Positions 1-6,972 of a DNA stretch of 24,000 nucleotides are shown here, one piece after another. The notes under the pieces were generated by a model. That model saw only the letters and a list, made by a program, of their open reading frames with translations, ran no database searches and was not told where the DNA came from. The position numbers were made by a program, and so were the translations under genes. Position 1 is the first letter of the stretch, and every line of letters begins with the position of its first letter. This DNA comes from Rhodospirillaceae bacterium bin65 (GTDB taxonomy: Bacteria; Pseudomonadota; Alphaproteobacteria; Bin65), in NCBI GenBank assembly GCA_002238725.1, contig MPMX01000005.1, positions 28,150 to 52,149 of the forward strand, in the 5' to 3' direction.

Positions 1-2732
1 TTCGACTGGCTCTCGTTGTCGAGCCAGTTCGTCGCCTCGTCGAGCAGCAGGATGCGGGGGCTGCGGATCAGCGCCCGGGCGATCATGATGCGCTGGCTCT
101 CGCCGCCTGACATTACGGCCGCGCTGGCGCCCACCGGGGTCAACATGCCCATCGGCATCGCCTTGATTTCGTCGTCGACGCCGGCAATCCCGGCCGCCAG
201 CCACGCTTCCTCGGACGTCACCCCCTCGTGATGGGCAACGATATTGTCCCACAGGTCCTGCGGATGAAGCTGCACCGCCTGGGGAACCACGCCGATCTTG
301 CGGCGTACCTGCTTGACGTTGAGGTGCCGCAAATCGCGCCCGTCGTAAAACACCGCGCCGCCGGACGGCTGATCCAGGCCGAGTGCGAGCCGGAACAGGG
401 TGCTCTTGCCGGCCCCGGATTCGCCGGCAATGGCGATGAATTCGCCGGGTCGGGCATGGATCGTTACGTCGTCCAGAATCAGCGGGCCGTCGGGGTCGTA
501 GCGGAACGAGACATGGTCGAACAGGATGTGGCCGCCAAGATGCTCGACGGATTCGCCTTCGGCGCTGGCTTCCGGGGTTTCGGCGAGGAAGGGCCGAAAC
601 TGCTCGAAGGCCGGCAGGGCGGCGGCGACCGCGCCGAAAGAATCCCCGAGGCGGGCCACGGCCGTCTGGAACACCATGAACACGGTATAGACGATCAGGA
701 AATCGCCGACGCCGATGGCTGCCCGGCCCGGCAACGCGGCTGCAAAGAGCAGCGCTGCCCCGGCGAGAAACGGCAGCGCCGTGCAGAAGGCCTGCAGATG
801 CTCTTCCAGATTGCCCAGTTCAAGTTCTGCCTGCTTCTGCGCACGGTAATCCTGCGCCCAAACGGCAAAGGCCGATCCTTCGGCGCAATCGACGCGCAGC
901 TTGGTAATACCATTGACGATCTGGAAAAGCCGGCCGGCCACCCGGCGGACGGCGCCGATTATCCGGCCACGGGGCGAGACTTGCCGCAGTCCGAGGATCG
1001 CGGTCACGATCAGGAACAGAAGGCTGAAGGCCACGGCCACGCCGCCCAGCACGGCATCGTAGAAAAAGATAACCAGAAAAGCCGGCAGCAGGAAAAGAAC
1101 CGACAGGATGGCATTGGCGACGACGCCCTGCACAGCATTGCGGAGATTCTGGAACGTCATGCCCCGCATCGCCAGATCGCCGGCCGGGTAGCGGTGCAGC
1201 ATGCCCGGCGGCAGCCGGAGCAATCGGTCCCAGAATGCGGCTTCGAGCCGGGATGTCGTGCGCCCTTCCAGACGCATCAGCGCCATTCCCTGCAGGACGT
1301 GCAGCACCACCCCGATCAACGCCAGGGCCGCCAGCCCCGCGGTCGCCGCATAAAGCAGCCCGGTATCGCCGCCCGGAATGATGTCATCCACAACCAGGCC
1401 CAGCACCAGGGCCGGCAGCAGCATGATCAGGCCGCCGGGCAGGCCGGCCAGCACCAGGCGCGCCAGATCGGCTGTCAATCCCTTTCCCGCGATCCTGAAC
1501 AGATCGGCGGGTTCGGCGCTGCCGGGCGGCAGCGGTCGATAGAACATCCAGGCGTCGGAGCGCAGCCTGCCGGCGCGTTCCGCCGTCACACGGGCGCTGC
1601 GCCGGCCGACGGGATCGACTTCCCGGTAGCGTCCCGACAGGCCGGGCACCAGCGCCACCGGGCGGTCGTCCTCCGCTCGAAAGGCCAGCATCGAATTACT
1701 GTCGCCGAACCACCACGCGTCTTCCCGTCTGAGCCGCACCTGCCGGGCGCGCACGCCGGACGCATCGAGAATATCGTCCAGGCCGATGGCGGATTCGGAA
1801 CGGCTCGAAGGCGGCCGGATCTTGAACGCGATTCCTTCGCGCTGTCCGATGATCCGCAGCGCATCCGGCAGCGCCGAATCGCCGGCGTCGGCGCCGCCCT
1901 CTTTGGATATGTCATACAGGTTGAACAGGCGCCGCCGGGCGCCTTCCTCATCGCTGCGGCGGCTTGTTGCCCGCGCCCGCTCCAGATTTGCCTGGTCGAC
2001 GACCGCCAGCTTCCGGTTGAGCCGCTCCAGGGCAAAGGCAGCGGCGTGGAATGACAACAGGGCGGGCAGCAACAGGCCTTCTTCGGCCAGAGTCACCGAA
2101 GCACGGGCGGCAGACGGCGCCGGTTCCAGCATGGCGACCCAGCTTGTCGACGTTAGCGGAATGGAAGTTGCGCCGTCGTCCGGTCCGTACTCCGCCGGGT
2201 CGATCAGGTCGAGGTACAGACTCGCTCCCGCAGTCAGATCGGTAACCCACACCACGCCCCGACGCGCCGAAAGCGTCCGCCGATCCGCCGGCAGAGCCTG
2301 TCCCGGCGCGAGGAGCGCGTCCGGCCGCGGCCGGTTCATGACGTCGCGGACCAGCATGGCCGAAAGGTCCGACAGCCAGGCATCGACCTGCGCCGCCAAC
2401 TCGACCGGGCGGGCTGCGCCGAGATCGGCAACCGGCAATCGCCGGATCGCCGTGCCGGGCAAACCCTTTGCGATCAGGCTGAAGGTCGTTTCCCCGTCGT
2501 GCGGCGCGACGCCCGGCAACAGCCGGCCGGCGTCGGCGCGCAGCAGGTGCTGTGGCGCCGATTGCTGCACGCCGTCTCGCTTCTCGACCAGAAACAGGTC
2601 GACGGCGCCTCGGTCGACGAAACAGAAGAAATCCGGATCGTCCAGATCGACCGGCAGATTGCCGGCGCAGGCGACGGGCGGCCCGGCCCGGGCGGCGAGA
2701 TCGGCGAGCGAACGGCGTTCGGGTGGCGTCAT
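1..2732 (-). CDS. ABC transporter permease/ATP-binding protein, the non-peptidase second subunit of an NHLP-type bacteriocin export system; the 3' end runs off the window
   Basis: Absent from the ORF track because it has no stop inside the window. My translation of the minus strand from ATG 2732-2730 (4 nt after the upstream gene's stop) stays open to nt 1, about 910 codons. It reads MTPPERRSLADLAARAG..., then a long soluble N-terminal region, a hydrophobic ABC membrane domain, Walker A IAIAGESGAGKSTLFRL (nt ~390-445), signature MSGGESQR and Walker B ILLLDEAT (nt ~30-110). There is no C39 Cys/His motif. The + ORF 228..2054 is its antisense shadow. Confidence 0.85.
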   Translation of the reverse strand, partial: MTPPERRSLADLAARAGPPVACAGNLPVDLDDPDFFCFVDRGAVDLFLVEKRDGVQQSAPQHLLRADAGRLLPGVAPHDGETTFSLIAKGLPGTAIRRLPVADLGAARPVELAAQVDAWLSDLSAMLVRDVMNRPRPDALLAPGQALPADRRTLSARRGVVWVTDLTAGASLYLDLIDPAEYGPDDGATSIPLTSTSWVAMLEPAPSAARASVTLAEEGLLLPALLSFHAAAFALERLNRKLAVVDQANLERARATSRRSDEEGARRRLFNLYDISKEGGADAGDSALPDALRIIGQREGIAFKIRPPSSRSESAIGLDDILDASGVRARQVRLRREDAWWFGDSNSMLAFRAEDDRPVALVPGLSGRYREVDPVGRRSARVTAERAGRLRSDAWMFYRPLPPGSAEPADLFRIAGKGLTADLARLVLAGLPGGLIMLLPALVLGLVVDDIIPGGDTGLLYAATAGLAALALIGVVLHVLQGMALMRLEGRTTSRLEAAFWDRLLRLPPGMLHRYPAGDLAMRGMTFQNLRNAVQGVVANAILSVLFLLPAFLVIFFYDAVLGGVAVAFSLLFLIVTAILGLRQVSPRGRIIGAVRRVAGRLFQIVNGITKLRVDCAEGSAFAVWAQDYRAQKQAELELGNLEEHLQAFCTALPFLAGAALLFAAALPGRAAIGVGDFLIVYTVFMVFQTAVARLGDSFGAVAAALPAFEQFRPFLAETPEASAEGESVEHLGGHILFDHVSFRYDPDGPLILDDVTIHARPGEFIAIAGESGAGKSTLFRLALGLDQPSGGAVFYDGRDLRHLNVKQVRRKIGVVPQAVQLHPQDLWDNIVAHHEGVTSEEAWLAAGIAGVDDEIKAMPMGMLTPVGASAAVMSGGESQRIMIARALIRSPRILLLDEATNWLDNESQS

Positions 2733-2736
2733 CGGG

Positions 2737-5073
2737 TCAACCTGCCCTCACCAGTTTGAAATAGGTGCCGTCCTCGTCGGAGATCAATTCCTCATGGGTG
2801 CCGCGCTGCACCTCCACACCCTTGTCGAGCACGATGATCTCATCGCAATCCCGAACCGTGCTCAGCCGGTGCGCAACGATCAGGCAGGTCACCCCCCGGC
2901 GCCGCAGTGCGTCGTCGACCAGTTCCTCGGTGGCGGCATCGAGGGCGCTGGTCGCTTCGTCCAGAACCAGCACGGTCGGGTTGCCGACTAGGGCTCGGGC
3001 AATCTCGAACCGTTGCCGCTGACCGCCGCTGAAATTCGCACCGCCTTCATCCACCGGCGTCGCATATCCGAGCGGCCGGCTGAGGATATCGTCGTGAATG
3101 CATGCGTCCCGCGCCGCCGAGATGATCGCTTCGTCGGGTATCGCCGGATTCCACAGGGTAATGTTCTCGCGCAGGGTCGCGGAGAAGAGCACGATTTCCT
3201 GGTCCACCATCGACACGGAGCGCCGCAGCACCTCCTCCGGAATTTCGTGGCGCGGATGGCCGTCGAACAGGATCTCGCCGGACCAAGGCTGGTAGACCCC
3301 TGAAACCAGGCGCGACAGGGTCGACTTTCCGGAGCCGCTCGGCCCGACCACCGCGACCCGCTGTCCCGGCCCGATCGTCAGGTTGAAATCCTCGATCAGG
3401 GGCTTCCGGCCCCGATTGTAACCGAATGTAACGCCGCGCAATTCCACCTGGCCGGCCAGCTGCAGCCGGCCGTTGAACGTAGGGATGGAATCCACCTCCG
3501 GGTTCCGGCGCGCGAAACCCGGATCTTCCGAAGACCTCGTGATGTCTTCCAGCCCCTGCATGTCGACTTCGAGCGCCTGATACTTGTCGGCGAACTCGAC
3601 GAAACGCCCGACAGGCGCCAGGAACATTGCCGCTACGATGTAGAATCCGACCAGCACGCCGAGCGTGATTTCGCCCGCCATGACCTGGGTCGCCCCGATG
3701 GTCAGGACCGCTACGTTGCTCAAAATCGTGAGCAGGCCGGGCAGCGCCGTGTTGATGTAGCCCAGTTCGGAGTAGCGCTGGTAGGCGTCCAGTTCGCGAG
3801 CCTGGTGGCCGCCCCAGCGCGAGAAGAAGCGATCGTCCGCGGCGGTCATCCGCAACGTGTCGGCGTGCTGCAGCATCAACATGCCGACTCCGTGCAGAAG
3901 CCCCTGTTCGCGCCCCAGGGCATGGCCCTTTTCGATCCTGAGGCGCGCGATCGTGCGCACCAGTACGCCGTTGATCACCGCCAGAGCCAATACGATCAGG
4001 CCCAACACCGGATCGTAAACCAGCATGACGGCCAGAAAGACGGCGCTCATCACAAGCTCGACCAGGAGGCCGAGGAAATGGTCCGACAGGCTCCTGGCAA
4101 TTCTGTCGATAGCGAGAATGCGGGTTGTCAGTTCGCCGACAAGCCGATGGCTGAAAAATTCGACCGGCAGCCGCAGCAATTGCGAGACGCACCGATTGCC
4201 GGCGGCGACGGAAATCCTGACAGCCAGACGCTTCAGACAACGCTGTTTGAGCCAGGTGAGGCCGTAGACCAGCACGGCCGCAGCAGCCAGCACACCGGCC
4301 ACAAGCGCTCCCCAGGGTTCTTTGTCTTCGAGCACCCGGTCGACAAAAACGCTCAACGACGCCGGAAGCACCAGCGCGAGCAGGGCCAGCATCGCGCCGC
4401 AGGCAACCGTGTAGGCCAGCACGCCCCGGGCTCCGGCGAGCCAGAGCGGGAGCTGCCGGAGAATGCTGGGCCGGGCGCCGCCGCTCTGGAAGTCCGGCCC
4501 GGGATTGAATTGCAGCGCAATCGACGAAAAGCCTTCTGCAAACTCTTCGACCGTCAGTTTGCGACGCCCGGTGGCAGGATCGTTGAGATAGAAATGCCCG
4601 CGGTCGAAGCCTTCGAGGATGAGAAAGTGGTTGAATTCCCAGAACAGAACCAGCGGCAGCGGCAGCTTCCTGATCTGGTTGAGATCGACGCTCCGGCCCG
4701 TGCATTCGAGGCCGTAATGCCGGGCCGCCCGCAGAATGCCCGCGGCGGTCGAGCCGTCGCGGCTGACCTCGCATTTCTCGCGCAGCTCGGTGAGCGGCAC
4801 CCAGCGCCCGAAATGGGCGAGCACGCTGCCGAGGCAGGCGGCGCCGCACTCCGTTACATGCATCTGCAGCAGGAGCGGCGTGGTCACCCGCCGTTCGGCG
4901 GGGTCCCCGGACGGCCTCGGTCCCGCTTTTGCCGACGCGTGCCGGGGGGGCGGCGGGCATCTGGGCCGTCCCGGGGCGGGGGAGGGGGGGGGGGCGTCCC
5001 CCCGCCGTTCGGCGGGTTCCCCGGCAGGCTTCGTTCCCGATTTGGCAGACGCGTCCGGGGCGCGCGACGACAT
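2737..5073 (-). CDS. C39 peptidase-domain ABC transporter (bacteriocin leader-cleaving exporter, NHLP-system type)
   Basis: C39 motifs QMHVTECGAACLG (catalytic Cys), NHFLILEG (His) and LNDPATG (Asp). These are followed by a multi-TM ABC membrane domain, Walker A GPSGSGKSTL, signature FSGGQRQR, Walker B VLVLDEATS and H-loop IVAHRLS. ATG 5073 directly abuts the hlyD-like stop (TGAATG). An alternative GTG at 4887 would remove a 62-aa repeat- and proline-rich N-terminal extension, so the start is uncertain. Confidence 0.9.
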   Translation of the reverse strand: MSSRAPDASAKSGTKPAGEPAERRGDAPPPSPAPGRPRCPPPPRHASAKAGPRPSGDPAERRVTTPLLLQMHVTECGAACLGSVLAHFGRWVPLTELREKCEVSRDGSTAAGILRAARHYGLECTGRSVDLNQIRKLPLPLVLFWEFNHFLILEGFDRGHFYLNDPATGRRKLTVEEFAEGFSSIALQFNPGPDFQSGGARPSILRQLPLWLAGARGVLAYTVACGAMLALLALVLPASLSVFVDRVLEDKEPWGALVAGVLAAAAVLVYGLTWLKQRCLKRLAVRISVAAGNRCVSQLLRLPVEFFSHRLVGELTTRILAIDRIARSLSDHFLGLLVELVMSAVFLAVMLVYDPVLGLIVLALAVINGVLVRTIARLRIEKGHALGREQGLLHGVGMLMLQHADTLRMTAADDRFFSRWGGHQARELDAYQRYSELGYINTALPGLLTILSNVAVLTIGATQVMAGEITLGVLVGFYIVAAMFLAPVGRFVEFADKYQALEVDMQGLEDITRSSEDPGFARRNPEVDSIPTFNGRLQLAGQVELRGVTFGYNRGRKPLIEDFNLTIGPGQRVAVVGPSGSGKSTLSRLVSGVYQPWSGEILFDGHPRHEIPEEVLRRSVSMVDQEIVLFSATLRENITLWNPAIPDEAIISAARDACIHDDILSRPLGYATPVDEGGANFSGGQRQRFEIARALVGNPTVLVLDEATSALDAATEELVDDALRRRGVTCLIVAHRLSTVRDCDEIIVLDKGVEVQRGTHEELISDEDGTYFKLVRAG
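4887..5060. repeat. Imperfect ~60-bp direct repeat (4887-4947 and 5001-5060) flanking a G-run-rich spacer (G7 at 4944-4950, G11 at 4984-4994, C6 at 4998-5003)
   Basis: Unit A is CCCGCCGTTCGGCGGGGTCCCCGGACGGCCTCGGTCCCGCTTTTGCCGACGCGTGCCGGGG. Unit B is CCCGCCGTTCGGCGGGTTCCCCGGCAGGCTTCGTTCCCGATTTGGCAGACGCGTCCGGGG. By hand alignment most positions are identical. On the minus strand they encode the duplicated peptide (D/H)ASAK(S/A)G..P.G(E/D)PAERR around a PPPSPAPGRPRCPPPP linker. Confidence 0.8.
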
Positions 5074-5964
5074 TCAGGACCGTCCGGGGTCGAGGAGCGA
5101 GATTGGCGCGCGTCTGCCGAGTTCAACCCGTATCCGGCAGATTGTGCCGTCCGGCACGGTGAGGTCCGACGCCCCGTCGAGGCGGATGTCGATCCGGCGC
5201 CGGGACGGCGGAACGGCGGGCTTCAGCCCTGCCAGCCAGCCCGGCAGCGGACTGGCGACCGCCCCGGCGACCGTGCCGTTCAGTCGGTGTGTCGCACCGT
5301 CGGGCAACGCAAATTCGACGGTAGCCGCCATGCCGGGCCGGATGCGCTGCGCCGTGGGCCGGTCGACCCGCAGCACCGCCTGAAGCGGCCGGTTCCCGGC
5401 TCGGCGAATTTGTGCGACGGCCGTGCCGGCCGGCAGAAAATCTCCGGCGGTCCTGGAAAGGACCATGACTTCGCCCGCGGTCCGGCTAACGATCGTCTGC
5501 CGCGCCGAGCGCCGGGCCTCCATCCGCAGCAACGCAACCCGGGTCGAGGCCAGCAGCGACCGCAGCGCGCTGCCGGTGCCGCCGGATCGCGCGATTTCCG
5601 CGCGCAACACGTCCACCCGCTCCCGAAGTGCGGTCGTTTCGCGTTCCAGATCGGGCACGGTCTGGCGCGCAACCGGCTGGCCTGCCCGGACGCGGTCGCC
5701 CGGCCGGACCAGATACTCGATCAGTTGACCGGGTTCAGCCGAAACCGCGGCATGGCGCTCTCCCGGCGCGATCAGCACGCCGTCGACCGTCACGCTCCTG
5801 ACGACGCTGCCGAACAGCAGCCAGGCCACGAACGCCGCAACGACCAACCCGATGGCGGCGAGCGCCAGACGTTCGTGCGGCGCGGTTATTCTGAGAAGTC
5901 GGTCGAGCTGCTCGCGCTCGTTCTTGGCGTCGGCGGATAAATTGTGAAACGGGTTGTTGAACAA
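5074..5964 (-). CDS. HlyD-family membrane-fusion/secretion adaptor of the bacteriocin export system
   Basis: N-terminal ...EREQLDRLLRITAPHERLALAAIGLVVAAFVAWLLFG, a single TM anchor after an LD-rich segment. Then a lipoyl-like segment (GQLIEYLVRPGDRVRAGQPVAR), a coiled-coil stretch (LERETTALRERVDVLRAEIAR) and beta-barrel-like repeats. It is first in the operon with the two ABC genes. At 296 aa it is shorter than most HlyD proteins, and there is no obvious SD before the ATG. Confidence 0.8.
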   Translation of the reverse strand: MFNNPFHNLSADAKNEREQLDRLLRITAPHERLALAAIGLVVAAFVAWLLFGSVVRSVTVDGVLIAPGERHAAVSAEPGQLIEYLVRPGDRVRAGQPVARQTVPDLERETTALRERVDVLRAEIARSGGTGSALRSLLASTRVALLRMEARRSARQTIVSRTAGEVMVLSRTAGDFLPAGTAVAQIRRAGNRPLQAVLRVDRPTAQRIRPGMAATVEFALPDGATHRLNGTVAGAVASPLPGWLAGLKPAVPPSRRRIDIRLDGASDLTVPDGTICRIRVELGRRAPISLLDPGRS

Positions 5965-6422
5965 GGAGCGCTATTCCCGTTTACGCCATTCGCAGAAGGG
6001 AGCCGGCATGACCGTGTTCGACCCAGCTTCGCGACCGCACTCAAACACGGGACACGGCGTTGGGCAACCGCCGACGCGAAAGCCGGGACCGATCCGGCGT
6101 GAGAAAGGCCCAATTCTGTAAATGGTCGTATCCGGAGAAAGTGCAAATTCAAACGAATTGGCAGTACCGGGAAGCCTGTTTGAGACCTCCCTGCCGGCGA
6201 ACCGGCGGCAAGATACCGGACCGATCGCGGACCTGAGGCAGAAATCAGCGGGCGGCCGCGGGGCGCAGGGCCGAGGACCCGCGCCGGCATTCCGGTCGAT
6301 TGCTCCCAGATTTTATTATTTATATCAACAGGTTACCATCCGACTGCCCAGCCTGCGGAACACCGGTTTCCGGACGTTTTCCTGAAATTAGAAAATCTTA
6401 TCAAGATAGCAAGAAAACAGTA

Positions 6423-6451
6423 TTAGAAATTATTCGACACGAGGCTAGAAT
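6423..6451 (+). promoter_or_regulatory. Candidate sigma70-type promoter of the precursor gene (TTAGAA-N17-TAGAAT)
   Basis: It lies in the only strongly AT-rich patch of the window (about 6300-6500). The -10-like TAGAAT is at 6446-6451 and the -35-like TTAGAA at 6423-6428, with a 17-nt spacer. This would give a ~70-nt leader containing the hairpin GTCCAG(6459-6464)/CTGGAC(6476-6481) and the strong SD GAGGGAG before ATG 6529. It is a motif match by eye only. Confidence 0.3.
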
Positions 6452-6528
6452 TCATCAAGTCCAGTCCCGGTCCTGCTGGACAGGATATTGAATTTCGCAA
6501 ACAGGACTGACAACGAGGGAGACACATC

Positions 6529-6783
6529 ATGCAATCAGCAGAGGACATGCGCGCCCATCTCACGAACAGGGCCGCCGAGGATTCGGCGTTCCGGGCGCAA
6601 CTTGTCGCCGATCCGAAAAGCGTCATGAATCAGGAATTCGGAATTACGGTTCCGGATAACATCGATATCGTGGTGCACGAGAGCGACATGCGCACCGTCC
6701 ATCTCGCGTTGCCGCCGGATCCCGTCATGGACGAGGAGCAGCTCGAAGCGATCTCCGCCGGGCTTTGCTGCTGCGGCATCTGA
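6529..6783 (+). CDS. NHLP (nitrile hydratase leader peptide) family RiPP precursor; predicted core LCCCGI
   Basis: 84 aa. The leader matches the NHLP pattern as I remember it: AAEDSAFRAQLVADPKSVMNQEFGITVPDNIDIVVHESDMRTVHLALPPDP, then EEQLEAISAG as a double-glycine-type (AG) cleavage site. Only LCCCGI follows before the stop. Strong SD GAGGGAG lies 6 nt upstream. The gene is divergent from the C39-ABC export operon and is followed by hairpins. Confidence 0.9.
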   Translation: MQSAEDMRAHLTNRAAEDSAFRAQLVADPKSVMNQEFGITVPDNIDIVVHESDMRTVHLALPPDPVMDEEQLEAISAGLCCCGI

Positions 6784-6799
6784 ACGACGCCAGCCGCTT

Positions 6800-6824
6800 C
6801 CGGCCCGGCTGCCGGCCGGGCCGG
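6800..6824 (+). terminator. Perfect 10-bp GC hairpin just after the precursor stop (stabiliser/attenuator candidate)
   Basis: CCGGCCCGGC (6800-6809), loop TGCCG, GCCGGGCCGG (6815-6824). No clear U-tract follows (GGCTATTCTG), so it is more likely an mRNA-stabilising or pausing structure than a full intrinsic terminator. Confidence 0.35.
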
Positions 6825-6848
6825 GGCTATTCTGCAGTCTGGATTATT

Positions 6849-6892
6849 CGGGCGCGGCTATTGTACTAGCCTCTATGCGCCCGATTTTTTTT
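6849..6892 (+). terminator. Rho-independent terminator/attenuator between the precursor and the RND gene
   Basis: Two-tier stem: CGGGCGC(6849-6855) GGCTA(6856-6860), loop TTGTAC, TAGCC(6867-6871), bulge TCTAT, GCGCCCG(6877-6883). This is followed by A and a T8 run (6885-6892), the longest T run I saw in the window. Confidence 0.6.
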
Positions 6893-6972
6893 CAGCCGGC
6901 TGCAAATTCTCCGAGCGGGTTCCGCGATGAACGGAACCGTGCGGTTTTGGCTGCCTGACGCGTTCACGGCTC

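Noticed and set aside
228-2054. 608-aa + strand ORF, the longest ORF listed in the first 2.7 kb
   Set aside because: Its translation is R/G/Q/A/H-rich with no motifs. The opposite strand encodes a clean ABC transporter (Walker A, signature, Walker B) across the same span. It is a classic high-GC antisense shadow ORF.
3805-5940. 711-aa + strand ORF, plus the 637-aa minus-strand off-frame ORF at 3047..4960
   Set aside because: Both overlap the well-supported C39-ABC and HlyD genes in other frames or on the other strand. They have low-complexity R/G/P/A composition and no recognisable domains.
6008-6121. 37-codon ORF (MTVFDPASRPHSNTGHGVGQPPTRKPGPIRREKGPIL) with a good SD (AAGGGAG) in the intergenic region, considered as a second precursor or leader peptide
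   Set aside because: It has no NHLP or Nif11-like leader, no Cys/Ser/Thr-rich core and no double-glycine motif. Its P/G/R-rich composition is what random GC-rich DNA yields. It is kept only as a note.
6398-6407. Palindrome TATCAAGATA upstream of the precursor, considered as a Fur or Irr (ICE) box
   Set aside because: Alignment by eye to the 19-bp Fur consensus or to TTTAGAA-N3-TTCTAAA is poor. Only a 4+4 palindrome is present.
5886-6491. ORFs of 134 aa (minus), 87 aa and 63 aa (plus) in the hlyD/precursor intergenic region
   Set aside because: They have no SD and no motifs, and they run through the AT-rich promoter region or overlap the hlyD start. The composition is not protein-like.
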